Shown here in pieces: positions 20,635 to 33,775 of a DNA stretch of 64,000 nucleotides; position 1 is the first letter of the stretch; each line of letters starts with the position of its first letter. Position numbers and translations under genes: made by a program. A model generated the notes under the pieces. The model searched no databases, was not told the origin of the DNA, and saw nothing but the letters and a program-made list of their open reading frames with translations. This stretch comes from Monocercomonoides exilis PA203 (Eukaryota > Protista > Preaxostyla), in NCBI GenBank assembly GCA_001643675.2, contig LSRY02000006.1:1302001-1366000 (forward strand). The letters are read 5' to 3'.

Positions 20635-23600
20635 ATGAGTGCAAGTGAATGCATTGAAGAAGGTTTGCTTTTTCAGTATTTTTGACTGTGTTTTTCAAGC
20701 CTTGAGGATTGCTTTTTTGTTATTCTCAAAGAACTTTCAAATTCTTTCACTCCAGGGAAAGAGACAGTAAAAATTCCATTGCATATCAACAACTCCATTG
20801 AAGACATGAATGATACAGAAAAACTCCGTTCTGCTGTTTCAACCGAAGAAACAATTGCAACTCGTTCAATTGATAAACAACTTGAAACAGCAAATGAACT
20901 CTGTATAAATCAGCTTGAAAAATCGGAAAATTATGTTAAACGAAAAGAAGATAGGGGGAATCCCAAGTTTCAGTGCGAAAAATCAGAAATCTTTGAAACA
21001 ACGCAATCATTACCTACAAGATATCCTGAATTTGAAATAAAGAACAGACAGACAGTATCCGTTGTGACAAGCATTTTTTCTCCATCAACTCATTTTTTCT
21101 TTTCTCCAAAGCGTCGTCAAAGTTCGTTTCCAATGGGTGTTGTTGGCTTCATTAATCAAGGAAATACATGTTTTTTAAACGCAGCTCTACAAGCGTTTTT
21201 AGTCTGTAAGCCGTTAATATATGAATTCCTGTGTAATCCCATTTCTGGAGAGTATATTAGGAAAAAACAACAGAAAAGGAAATGTAGGAAAGAAATTATT
21301 GATTTTCTGAAGAAAAAGCATCCAAATTGGTTTTCAGCAAAAGTTGAGGTTTCCAAAGAAAGTAACAGTTCGGTTAATAATTCATTATTACTTCCATCAA
21401 CATCAACATCACCTTCCATTTCTTCACGTCAATTATCAACATGCTCTTCAAATAACAGAATCACTTCAAACTTGAAGCAACATGATCTTCCATCAGATGC
21501 TCATGTTGCAACACCTTTTCAATATCTGCAACAACCATACATTTTGTATCCCCAGCTTATTCCACCTTCCTCTCCATTAATCACTCCTGCACTCGGCAGC
21601 GTCTTTTCAGCCGCGTGGCAGAACACGTCATCAAAGGGGATCCTGAACCCCGAGCAGCTGTATCGCATTGTGCTTAAGAGGAATGAGCTCTTCGAGCCGG
21701 GAGAGCAGTGCGACGCACACGAGCTGATTATGACGCTGCTGGACGGGATGAGAGAGGAACTGGGCGAGGAAAGCGATGAGGTGTGGGACGTGATGATGGA
21801 GGAGGCTGTTTGCCAGGAGAGGGAGTGGAGAATTCGGGAAGAATGGAGAGCCAAATGCATGAAAGAAAAAGAACTGAATAGTCTGCTCTCAAAAGATAGA
21901 CAGAATAATGAAAACAGCACAGAAGAAGAGGCATCAAAAGACAAACAAGATGAGATAGATGAACCAGAAAATGACTCGAGAAATTTGAAGAAAGCAGAAA
22001 CGTGCAATACATTCTGTGAAAAAATGTCAAATAGCACAGATTTTGAAAAGCTGTCCGAAAAGCCACCAGCTGAACTTCTTTCACGTCCAGACCGTCCTCC
22101 ATCTCCATTATCTGACTCACCAGCATTCCCAGAGATGTCTCTCTCAGATGCCATTTCTCCTTTGACTTCTTTTTCTTTTTCTTCTTCTTCTTCCTCATCC
22201 TCCTCATCCTCCTCATCCTCCTCATCCTCCTCCTCATCTTCTTCTGAACTCCAACACATCACCAGCAGCGACCGCATGCAATCTTTAGTTCGTCCATCGG
22301 TAAGCTCATCTCATTTCTGGCCAGATCCAGTACCTTCTCTTGCTCGTGACCCGTTTCCCCGCTTTTTGAGTGTCTCTGATCCTCTCCATCGTCTCCTCAC
22401 AAACTCTCCCTCTAATATCATCACAAGACTGTTCGGCGGTTCATTCAAGTGCTCAATACGCTGTCTGAGATGCAACAACACCTCTGTCACTTCACAGTCT
22501 TTTCTTGGCATTTCACTACCAATCCCCAAATGGGCAGATCTTGTAAAGCTGAAGAAGAAATGTGTGCTCTCCGTTTCTGTTCATATTGTGCATGATTTTG
22601 TTAACTTTTATTTTTCACCTTGAACTTACAAATACTTTTTTCTATTTCCTAAATTCTTATTCAGTCGCAGCAGAAACAAACACCTCCGATCCGACATCAT
22701 CTGGTTTCAAGCGTTTCATGTTTCGCTGCTCCAACCTTTTCCACACTCCCACGCTGATGGAGTGTTTCTCTACGTTTTGCCTGCCTGAGACGCTGGAAGA
22801 GAAGAACAAATACAAATGCGATAGATGCAAGTCCCTCCAGGACGGTGACAAGATCACTCTGATTGAGACTCTTCCTTCTGTTCTCTTGGTGCACATCAAG
22901 AGATTTAAGTATTCTTTCTGGTCGTCGAAAATAAGCGAAACGGTGAAATTCGATCCTGTTATTGGTGTGTTGGAATTGAACTGTTTATCACTATTAATTC
23001 AACTATTAACGTTTTTAAAATTTATTATTAACTTTCATTTTATAAAAAAAAACGAATAAAAAAAAAAATAAATTATGAACAGATTTGTCACCATTCACCG
23101 TTCAACCTCCATCTTCTTCAAAATCCCGTGAGCCGTTAGTTGCTAAAAGTGCGTACTCAACAGAGTCAGAATCGCCAGAGGCTTCTTTGACATACACTCC
23201 CGTTCTCTATTCATTATTTGCGGTTATCTGCCACCACGGGTCGTCATCATATGGCCATTATCTTTGCTACGCGAAGCATCCGTTCACGAAGCAGTGGTTC
23301 TATTTCAACGACGACGAGGTGAGCGCAACCACAGAAGAAGATGTGCTTTCCCAGCAGGCATACATTCTGTTCTATGAGAAGATGGACAGCCGACCGGCTG
23401 AACAGGCAAGAGTTATTAGAGAAGTGGAGGAGGCGCTGACAGAAAGCAACAAGACAGAAAACTCGAAGGATGAATCTGATGGATCAAAAGAGAAAAATAT
23501 GGAAGAGTTGACAGAAGAGTTGAAGAAGACGAAAATGCAGGGGAAGAAAGAAGAAAGTTCGAAATTATCGTCTTTTTCAATTGCAAGTTGGATTCATCAG

Positions 23601-24683
23601 GAATGTGTCAAAATGGAAAACGAAGAAAGAAAAGAAAAGGAAGCAGAACGGAAAGAAGATTCACAAAAATCTATTAATAAAGCAAAAGAAGAGGAGGCAT
23701 TTGCAGCATTGGACAATGAAAAGCAAGCATCATCATCATCTTCATCATCTTCAAGCGGCAGAGAAAGTGGAAAGAATAATTCTGATGCTGATGCTGAAGA
23801 AGAAAAGGAGGAAAAAGAAGAAGATGATGAAAAAGCAAAACAAAACAAGGAAAACAAAAGCAAAGAAATCACATCCATCACAAATGCTGAAACTGAGCAA
23901 AAACCAAAATGTGCAGTTATTCTGCAATCTCGTTTTGTCTCAATGATTTCTTCAACTCAGACGCAGATGCCTCTCCAAAACGAAACACTCCTTTGCCGCC
24001 ACAACTACCCTCTGATCACTCAGCCAGTTGTCAAAATACCGTTTTCTGTGTTTGAAATGGCAAAGCTCCTGTTCAATGAACCGAATGCCCCTCTGATAAC
24101 ACCAGAACAAGAGCAGTGCTGGCTTTGCAACGTATGCTATATCAGTATTATTCATTAATTCTTTAATTATTTTCTTTTTATTTGTTTTATTGGTCGATTG
24201 TGGATAATGTTAAAATTTGTATGTTCAACAGCGCAATTTGCGCAAACGTCGTGAAAAGGAAGTTGTGATAGAATGTCAAAAAGAAAGTGAAAGAGAACAG
24301 AGCCAGTGGGCCATAATTGATGCGCAGTGGGTTGAAAGCTGGGAATTTTTTGTTAAAAGAGGAGAGTTTCACGACCATCCAGGTCCAATCACAAACATCC
24401 ACCTTCTTCGTGCTGACTTGCAAACTCCTGTTGAAGGGCTCCAAAAGGATAAACACTACGTATGTGTTATATGGCCGGTTTGCTATTTCATTAACTGATC
24501 CAAAATAAACTTATTTCAAATATCACTTTATTATTATTATTATTGTTACTATTATTATTTTCTCTTCACTAAATATTTTGTTTATTTCAGTTGTGGAAGT
24601 TCTTGCACTCCATTTATGGAGGAGGACCTCTTATTTTGCGCGATTCTGAAGATATATATTCTAATCCCGTTTCACCTTCATGA
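20635..24683 (+). CDS. Ubiquitin-specific protease (C19), USP20/USP33-like with C-terminal DUSP domain, 6 exons: 20635-20662, 20756-22561, 22665(or 22671)-22964, 23083-24131, 24232-24477, 24591-24683 (~1173 aa)
   Basis: Cys box GFINQGNTCFLNAALQ; QCDAHE; CLRC and CDRC zinc motif; His box AVICHHGSSSYGHYLCYAK...WFYFNDDEV; DUSP motifs W..W.FFV...PGPITN...LWKFLHSIYGGGP. Confidence 0.9.
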
Positions 24684-24872
24684 TGTCTCATTGGAATGTT
24701 TTAATTGATAATTTATGTTAAAAATTTTAGGAATTTCACTTTTTTCTTACAAATGAAATAAAAATTTTATTTCATTAAATTTCAATATAAGTTTTGCAAA
24801 ACACAGTTTATGAATTTTTGTTTGAAAATCAATTTGCTTTTTGTAATTTTTGAATAATTTCATGTGAACACA

Positions 24873-25053
24873 TGGGACAAAATTATTTGTTTAATGAATT
24901 TTGTTCCATTTAATTATTTCTTTTATTTTTTTCAATTTCTTTATTTGACTAAATTATTTTTGCTTGAGAATGCTACACTTTTTATGATAAGAATGTAGAA
25001 AAAAATTGGGATAAATTGTTGCTTTTTTCATAAATTCACAAATTTCACCCCAC
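24873..25053 (+). repeat. Dispersed ~180-bp repeat (family C) upstream of the kinase gene
   Basis: Both ends are homologous, in inverted orientation, to 8874-9054. A partial copy lies at ~61617-61666. Confidence 0.5.
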
Positions 25054-25247
25054 ATTAAAAAAAATAACATAGATATGGAAAATGATAATTTATTAATGCA
25101 TTTTTTTTATTATTTGATAAAATGAATAACTAATATTATCAAATTTGTAAAAACACGAAAAATTTCATTCACAATTATGGATCAACTTGACCATCATTTC
25201 TGTTGTTTAATTTCCAGCAAAAGCATTTTCTAGCTTTTCATGCGGTT

Positions 25248-28200
25248 ATGTGTGCGCAACCTTGGCAGTCACCATTCAAACCTGGTGATGTATTGAAGAA
25301 TTCGTTCAAAATTGTGAAAAGAATTGGCTCTGGATCATTTGGAGACATTTTTAAAGCTATTTACCAAAATGGAGATATCAAAAAGGAACTTGCATTAAAA
25401 CTTGAGAGAGCAGATCCAGACAGAAATTATCTTTCAGCGGAAATCAAAGTCTTGCGTACATTAACAGGTTATTAGCAATTATCGACAACTTATTTATTTA
25501 AAGAAATATTAAATTGGTGGATTATTTTTTGGTCTTTTGCAGGAAATCCACATTTTACACGATTTTATGCATATGGAACTCACCAAGGATACCGATTTAT
25601 TGCAATGGAGCTTCTTGGCCCAAATATTCTGTTTGAAGTTTTTTTTTTTTTGAAATTGTGAATAATATTTGTTTGCATTTAGAGATGTTGTGAATAGTCG
25701 CCCCCTCCATCGTTTTTCTCTTGAGACTATATTTAAATTTGCCATTCAAGCTATTAGAGCTCTTGAAGCACTTCATAATGCAGGATTCATCCATAGAGAT
25801 ATTAAACCTGTTTGCTTGCTTTCCCAAGCAAGGATTTTTAATTACTTCAATTTCTTTTTTAAATGGTTTTGTTGCGATAGGCGAATTTTGTTATCGGAAG
25901 AACCAAAGAAACTACAGGACGTATTTTTTTAATTGATTTTGGGCTTATTCAGAAAATCAACGATGAAGCACCTTCACGCACAGTTTGATTTTTTGAAAAA
26001 GAAAAGTTTTCCTAAAGATAGCTTTTTATTTATTTTAGAGATCAAGCAATTTCCGTGGGACTCTTCGCTATGCCTCTCTAAATGCACATTATGGAAAGGA
26101 ATTAAAGCGCGTTGATGACCTTATCTCATTGATGTACGTTATGGTTGAACTGTTTACCGGAAAATTGCCTTGGTCCCATATACAAGATAAGGTTTGCGCT
26201 TTTGTTTACAATTTAATAATCATTTCTGCAATTAAAAAATATATTCAATATATTCACAAAATTCCATTAAATAAACGAACAGTTACTCGCTCAGCAGTCG
26301 AAAGAGCGCGACGGCGGCTTTGAGCTGATGCAGCGTCTGCCAATTGAGTTCCAGATCTTCCAGCAGAGTCTGATGCGGATACCCGAAAGTGGCATTCCGC
26401 AGTACTCCAAGCTCTGCCAGATGCTCCGCACAGCCTGTACTTCCCGCGGGGTTGATCCAGACGGCCCTTTTGAGTGGGAAACAGACCTCTCCTCACGCTC
26501 AGAGTTCTCTTCACACAGCTCTTTCTCATCGTCTGCTTCGTCCTCTTCTTCGTCTTCATCGTCATCGTCTTCTTCTTCTTCTTCTTCGCATTCGCATTCA
26601 CCTTCCTCTTCTTCTGCCTCTGCCTCAGCTTCTGCTTCTTCCTCAAACTCGGCTTCTTCTTCTTCCTCTTCTTCTTCTTCTTCCAGACATTCATCACAAC
26701 AAACCTCTTCACACCCTTCTTCTTCTATCTCTGCTGCTTCTCCTATCTCTCCAACTGATGAACAGGCGGACTATCGTAAACAAACTTCAAATACAACTCA
26801 AAAATCCAAAGAAACATTTTCTTCTTCTTCTTCTTCTTCTGCTTCTGCTTCTTCTCACCCATCATCCCTTCAAAATCAACCAGCAAATCCAGCAAACCAA
26901 TCAAAAACAACCGATCCCTCACAACCAGATAACCCTTCCTTCTCAGGCGCATCTGCAAGTTCCAGTCAAAAACCATGTTCAGAGGGGAAATCTCTCTCAA
27001 TCATCGTGTCGAGTGGCGAATGCACAGAAAAAGACGAGTCGTCAAAGACAAACGCCACAAGCAGAGGGAACAACTCCAGCACAGCTCTCGCACTCGCCCT
27101 TTCTGCCTCACACGCTGGTGAGAATTCACTGGGAAATGATAGTTCGCTTCATCAGTTCTCTTCTGCCTCATCGTCGTCTTCTTTTTCTTCCTCTTCTTCT
27201 TCCTCTTCCTCTTCTTCTTCTTCTTCATCTCATTCCCCTTCTCCTTCTCCTGCAGCAGCAACGGTAACAACAACCGTTGCCTCTCCCTCTCTTCCTATCA
27301 ACTCACACTCTACCTTCTGCTCCAACAACACTGAAATCTCTCAGCCTTTGGCTGTCTTTGCTTCCCATTCGTCTCTTTCTGCTTCTTCTGCCTCTGCTTC
27401 TCATTCTGGTGGAAGTCACCAACTCTATCAGGAGCAACCCTCATTGATTAGTGATGCAACCAGGAAGACTGAGATAACAGGAAGCACAAAGGGAGGAGGA
27501 AGTGCTTCTTCTCCCACTCAAACCATCTGCTCTGTTGCTAACTCCACCACGCTTGCACACACACTCTCACTCTCTCATGCATCTGGTGGGCAGCAGACTG
27601 CTTCATCATCATCATCATCTTCTTCTTCTTCTTCCTCTTCCTCCTCTTCCTCTTTTCCCTCCTCCTCTTCTTCCTCTTCATCTCCCTCACTCACACAGCA
27701 CATATCTCCCTCCAGTATGTCTTCATTCTCTGTCATCAACCAGAAGAGCGAGCAGCAACAGGATCAATCACCTTCATCCATCCAGTTCTCCACTGCTGAA
27801 CACATCTCTATCTCTCATTTGCCTCACCTCTCTTCTTCTTCTGCTTCATCATCATCATCTTCCTCTTCTCCTCCTCTTCCTTCCTCTCCCTCTATCCCTT
27901 CTCCTTCCTCTTTAACTGTCTCTCCACCACACGTTTTCTCCCCACAGCTTTTCCATCTCCCTCCCTCTTTCTCTTCATCGGTGCTTCCACTTGCCATCCA
28001 CCACATCCCTCTGAATTTGTCTCCAGAGCCGCAGAAAGCAAACGATCCTTCTGAACAAACAGAACATAGTAATAATAATAACATTGTTAATAATAATAAT
28101 AATAGTTGCAATAACACTCATATCAATCATCACAATAACAATGCCAGCCTGCCTCTGCTTGATCAACTGCGCTTGATTAGCCCTCAGCACTTGCATACAA

Positions 28201-31200
28201 GTCAGATCCCATCGCCACTCGGCTTCAGCCACCTGAAGATGGAAGAAGACGAAGATGAAGAAGAAAAAGGAAAAGGAAAAGAAAAAGAAGGCAACCAAAG
28301 AGAAAACAGTCAAAACCATCCTAAAGTTCCTTCTCCACAGTTGATGATGAGCTCGCTGTCAAGCGCCCAATTTGCAGGTGTCACCTCTGCAGTCACTGGA
28401 ATCACTGGAATCACTACCACCAGCACTGCTTCTGCTGCTGCTGCTGGTGTCACGTCTGATAGAGCGAGCATTCCTCATTACCAGACACAGACACAAACAC
28501 AAACACAGTCACAGACGCCGATGAAGCTTTTGTTGCTGCGAGGAAACTCGCCGTCGGTTGTGCAGATGCGGCAGGCGGTGCTGCTGAGAAACTATCAACA
28601 GCTTGCCAGTCAGAAAGCAGGGGATCAGAAACAGTACTATCAGCATTATCATCAACAGCAGCAACAACAGCAACAGCAACAGGGAATAATGTATCAGCCA
28701 GACTCGCTCTCTTCCAATCCATCAATTGTGCACCCTACTCTTCCCCTCATCCTCACGCAGGTCGACAGCTTCATCCACAGCAAAAAAAGAAGACGGAAAA
28801 AGAAAGCAGAAAAGGCTGCCAAGTCGAATCTGAACAACAACACAAACACAAATAATAACAATAACAATGCAGATGCACCAGACAACACAGCAGTGCTTGG
28901 TGGCAGCTCCAGTGATAATTCTGCTTCCTCATCTTCCTCTTCTCCTTCCTCCTCCTCCTCCTCTTTCACCTCTTCTTGCTCAGGCGATTGTGATGAATCA
29001 TTCACAGGCTCCATAATCACAGATCTCGTATCCATCGACCCTTCTCAGTTCAAAGACTCCTTCGCCTGCTTTACTCCACAGCCAGGCGACGGCGAAGCGC
29101 CCATCTACCTCCACCTCGGCTCTCCTCTCCCGTCTTGCTCTGACTCTGAGGCACCAGTGCAGATCACATTTGATACTCCTTTCTCTCCCCAGCAGTTGTC
29201 ATCATCATCGTCTTCTTCTTCTGCTTCTGCTTCTACTTCTACTTCTGCTTCAGGTACGGGTGCTGCAGATACTGCTTTGTCTCCGATTGTCCGCACATTG
29301 CAGCACGATGCCTCGCTCCCCACACTCCACTGCACTGTCCAGAACAGACTGCCCACTCTGCAGCTGCTGAACCACTCTCCTTCTGTCAACCTCTTTCTCT
29401 TCAGCCACAAGGCCAAGCAGCGCTCTCCTTCCACTTCTCCTCCGCTTCCATCTTCTTCTTCTTCTTCTTCATGTTCTTCTTCATCTGTCTTTCCTCCGAA
29501 CAACCTGTTCTCCTTCCCTTCCTCACACCGCCCGCGCTCGCTGTCACTGGTGAAGAACCCATCAATCGACGAGCCGCTGCCAAGCATGGTGCCTGTGACT
29601 GCTGGTGAGATCTTTTCCCTGCAGCAGATGGAGACACTCACCCAGCAGGCAGACCGCTCTGCCGACTACACGTCATCCACCGCTTGTTCTCCACTTTACT
29701 TCTCCTCTGCTGTTTCTCCTCACAACACCACCCAGACATCTTCCCAGTCTTTCTTTCAGAACCAGGCATCACCCACAGGGATGGGGAAACAGACACAGAC
29801 ACAGACGCCCACTCCCTCATGCTCTGCCTCATCTTCCTCGTTCACCACGCCCACCCCATCGCCACACTCAGTCACAGCCTCTTTTTGCTCCTCTGTCCCT
29901 GGCAGCTCCTCCAGCGCCAACTACATCCACCCATCCACCATTTCCACGCCTTCTTCACCAACCTCTGAAAACCCACTCCACATCAACATTTCATCGCAGA
30001 GCCCGAACTCGAACTCGACCTCATCCCGCCTCTTCCAGCAGCGGAGCACGCAGCTCTTCAACAATTCCGCCTCGCCACGTGTGTCTGTTGCGCTTTCGCC
30101 GCACATTGCCATGCACTCTCCACTCCACAAGGACAGCAGCTCCATCGGCCACAGCGAGTACGACATCCACCTCAGCAGCTGCGGGAGCATCGGAGACAAA
30201 ACACGCAACGACATCGAGTCAGACTACGGCATCTCGTCTACTTATGCCAAAGCTGAACAAGGGATTGCTCAGATGCACCTGTCGGTGAATGACTATTCAT
30301 TGTCCAGCGGGTCGTTTGCTGCGATGTCCATCCACTCCCCGCACATTCTGGTGGCCCAGTCTTCTCTCTCGCCCACAGGGAGCACCCCATTCGTGTGCTC
30401 TCCTCCTCTCCAGTGCAGCGCCATCTCCCATACGCAGTCTCACAAGCTGCTGCAACACCCGTCGTCTTGCTATTACTCCTCCCGCACTCAGAAGGAGTAT
30501 GCAGCCACTACACCCGATGGCTCTTTATCTCCTGTGTCGTGTGCAACTACCGCAGACACTGCTGTTGATATCTGCCACGAAACTGAGCGGCCGTGTAATT
30601 CTACAGGACCGATGGACATTATCCTTCCCTTGCAACCCCTTACTCCATCCAGATATGTCTCTTCTGCCTCTTCTGCTTCTTCTGCTGCTTTAGCTACTGC
30701 GTCTTCTTCTCTGTTTGTCCAGAAGCACCTGTCAGTTTCCTCTCATGTCAGTTCGTGTGCTGAGCAATCACAAGTCTCCAGTGTTGATCCAGAACAGAAG
30801 AGAATCGACACGACACTCACATTCCCTTCACAGTTCTCAACAACCACACCAGAACGGCTTACATCTCCTGCATTGACACCTGCCCTCTCTCTGAGCTGCA
30901 AGACACTGAAGCAGGCTTCTCCACAGCTGTGCTCGTCGAACCAGCCGTCGGCGATTGCTTCACCAGTTTTGGGAAGTGCAGTTGCATTGGAGAAGGTGAT
31001 GTTCATAGAAAGACAGCAGCATCAGTATCAGAATCAAAATGAATCTCAGCAGCAGCAGCAACAACAACAAACACAACAACAGAGTTATTCGGAACATCCC
31101 AATCAACTGATCATTGTACCTTCATCGAAACAAGAGGAAGAAGCATCTGTTTTATCAGCCGCTTCTGGCGCTGCTTCATTGAATCCGCATTCGGTTTTCT

Positions 31201-33110
31201 CAACATTAAATAATTCTTCTTCTGGTTTCGCCAATGAAAGGAAAATCCACCAGCCGTTGTCTGCGCCTGTTACAGACAGCAAGATGATTGACCAGCTGAG
31301 CAGGCTGAGTGCGCAAGAGCTAAGTGAAACAGGGAAATCAGATAAATCCAGCCAGCACAACATCCACTACTTGCTCACTGAGCAGCTGAATAGCTCGAAG
31401 GATGCGAGTGTTGTTGATGAGCATGGCATTGATCTTGTCAAGTGCGATGATGACAATCTGCAGTTCATTCCTCTCTTCAACACGCCTTTCCACATCCAGC
31501 AGCCAGGGGCGTACCAGATCATCAGGCATTCCAGCGAATCTCGCCATGTTCCCAATGAACATTCAGATCAGATGCGAACTGGGAGCAGCACAAACTGCTC
31601 AAATAGCCCAAACAACTCAAGCAACTCGAACATCGCATCACCTCCGCTTCGGTCGATTGCGAACTCTTCGAAGCTGCCTGTGCAACTGTCTTCTTCAGCC
31701 CATTTGTCGCTTGCTTCTTCTTCCTCCTCTCCGTTGCTACCAACTTCGTATATTTACACACCTCCTATTTCGAACAAAACAACCAGCAGCTTTCAGACAT
31801 ATGATCATTCAGTGAATGCTGTACGTACAGTGGGAGTTTCTTCTGCTGATTCCTGCCGCTCCAGTGGAACACACTTGCACAGCGGCTCGTCAGAGAAAGT
31901 GTCTTTCCTTGCGACAACAGACATGAGAGATGTGTCAGAGGAGACGAGCTCAAACAACAGGGAGATGGTTGCCAGTGAGGAGCATACTGCAGACGAAAGA
32001 GCAGAGCAAGAGGCACAGAACATGAGGAATGCTCTGTCTTCACAGTCCAATGGAAGCTCTGTCACTTTGGTCTGTGCTCCTCAGCGGGGAAGCACTGCCA
32101 ACGCAGCAAAGCTGACATTAGCCTGCAATCTCGAATCCAGCGCAACACAGCCAGTGGCCTGCACATACGCCTCTGCTCTGCCTTCTCCTTATGCGCCGTC
32201 AGAAAGCCCCGCACAAAACAACTTCAGTTCGACAGGCGCATTGCATCGTCCATCGCAATCGAGTGTCTATTCTCAGCTTCTTAACCAGCCCTCCTTATCT
32301 ACCTCATACACCACCACCTCATCCAACTCCACCTTCCAGGCGAGTGTTCCTCTCCAGTCGAGTGATTACAACCAGCAGACAGCGCCAAGCCAGACGCTGA
32401 CGCAGAGCCAGGGCTCCTTCACGAACTCGTACGACTGCCTGCTTCCGATGAACTCACACGCCCAGCTCCTCCAGGCTGAGTACGAGCGGCGCATCTCTTT
32501 CGATCTTCAGCACCCACCGCCTGATTTCCCTGCGGAGCTGGATGAGATCTCAAAGAAACACGCACAGGCAGAGATGATTCAACAACAACAACAACAAAAA
32601 CACTATCAGATGCTATCGATATCACCATATGCGCCTCTGCAGTCAGGTGAGGAGCAACAAGGACAACAAGGACTACAGGAACAGCAGAACCAGCATGAAC
32701 AACAAGAGCAGCAGGATCCGCTGAGGCCAGAAGAAAGCACAGGGCAGAGCTGGAGCAACGAGAGGAGCAAGTCTTCACAGAGCAATGGATTGGAGACACG
32801 GAGCAACATGACTCCGTTTGAGCAAGTTGACAGCGAGACGCTGCACGCTTCTGAAAAGTCGCACTCGGCGTCGCCTCCTTTTTCTCCGCTGTTTGCTGCT
32901 TCTTCGTCTATTAATTCTTCGTTGACAACGCTTTCAGCTAGCAAAGATAGTCTTGATGCTAATACGAATTCAAACACCCCAATTCACGATGTTGCGAAGT
33001 CTGATACGCATGTCAGTGAAAACAAAGAAGGGAAGAGTATATCTTCTTCGCCTTCTTCCTCTCCGGACAAAACTCAAAGCACAAGTAATGCTTGTTGTGT
33101 AATCCTCTGA
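25248..33110 (+). CDS. CK1-group (tau-tubulin kinase-like) protein kinase with ~2,200-aa Ser/Gln/Pro-rich tail and C-terminal CaaX, 6 exons: 25248-25467, 25543-25630, 25683-25809, 25881-25982, 26039-26191, 26283-33110 (~2505 aa)
   Basis: IGSGSFGDIF, ALKLE, MELLGPN, GFIHRDIKPANF, IFLIDFGL, FRGTLRYASLNAH, RVDDLISLMY, GKLPW. No APE motif, as in the CK1 group. Ends NACCVIL-stop. Confidence 0.92.
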
Positions 33111-33775
33111 TTTATGCTTATATTTCTTTTTGGATTTCTTTTTGCTTTTATTTGATCAGTTTTTATTTTCTGATTGGTTTGTATGTTTCTCTTAATTTTA
33201 CAAGACAAAATATATTTTTTCACATTATTTTTATATATTTTTGCATTTGTTTGATGGTTTATTTTTTTGTCACCTTTATTTTGGTTTATTGCTTATTGAG
33301 ATTTTAAATGCCTCTAGTATTTTTTTAAGAAGTGATATGTCTGAGTTCAATGAGAGATGGATTCCTTCATTACAATTTTTGTTGCATTTCATCAGTAGCA
33401 TTCAGTCTTTTATTCGTTTAATGTCACATTTACAAATAGCCTTAACAGTATTATTGTTATTTATTTATTTATTTGTTGTTTGAATTGGGTTTATTTTGTT
33501 ATGAGTCATTGTTTTCTCCTCTTGTGATAAATTGTCGTTATTTATTTGTATGATATCATACAATTATTCATAATTCGTTTTCTAAATTCTTACTGTTTAA
33601 GCTCTCTGTAATGTATTTCCGCATGTAACAATGAGTTTTATTTATTGGTCTTTATTTAAGTTTGAATTTTTATTTTGAAAAATTCAAGTAAAAAAGGGAA
33701 GATCAGAATGTGCGATTAAAAATCTTCTTATTTTGAAAGAGTGGCATCATAAATAGTTCATCTGTACGTTTAAAA

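Noticed and set aside
8330-24762. AATAAA polyadenylation signals (8330, overlapping the UBA4 stop, 24757) and possible 3'UTR introns
   Set aside because: Plausible, but expected by chance at this AT content; not supportable without transcript data.
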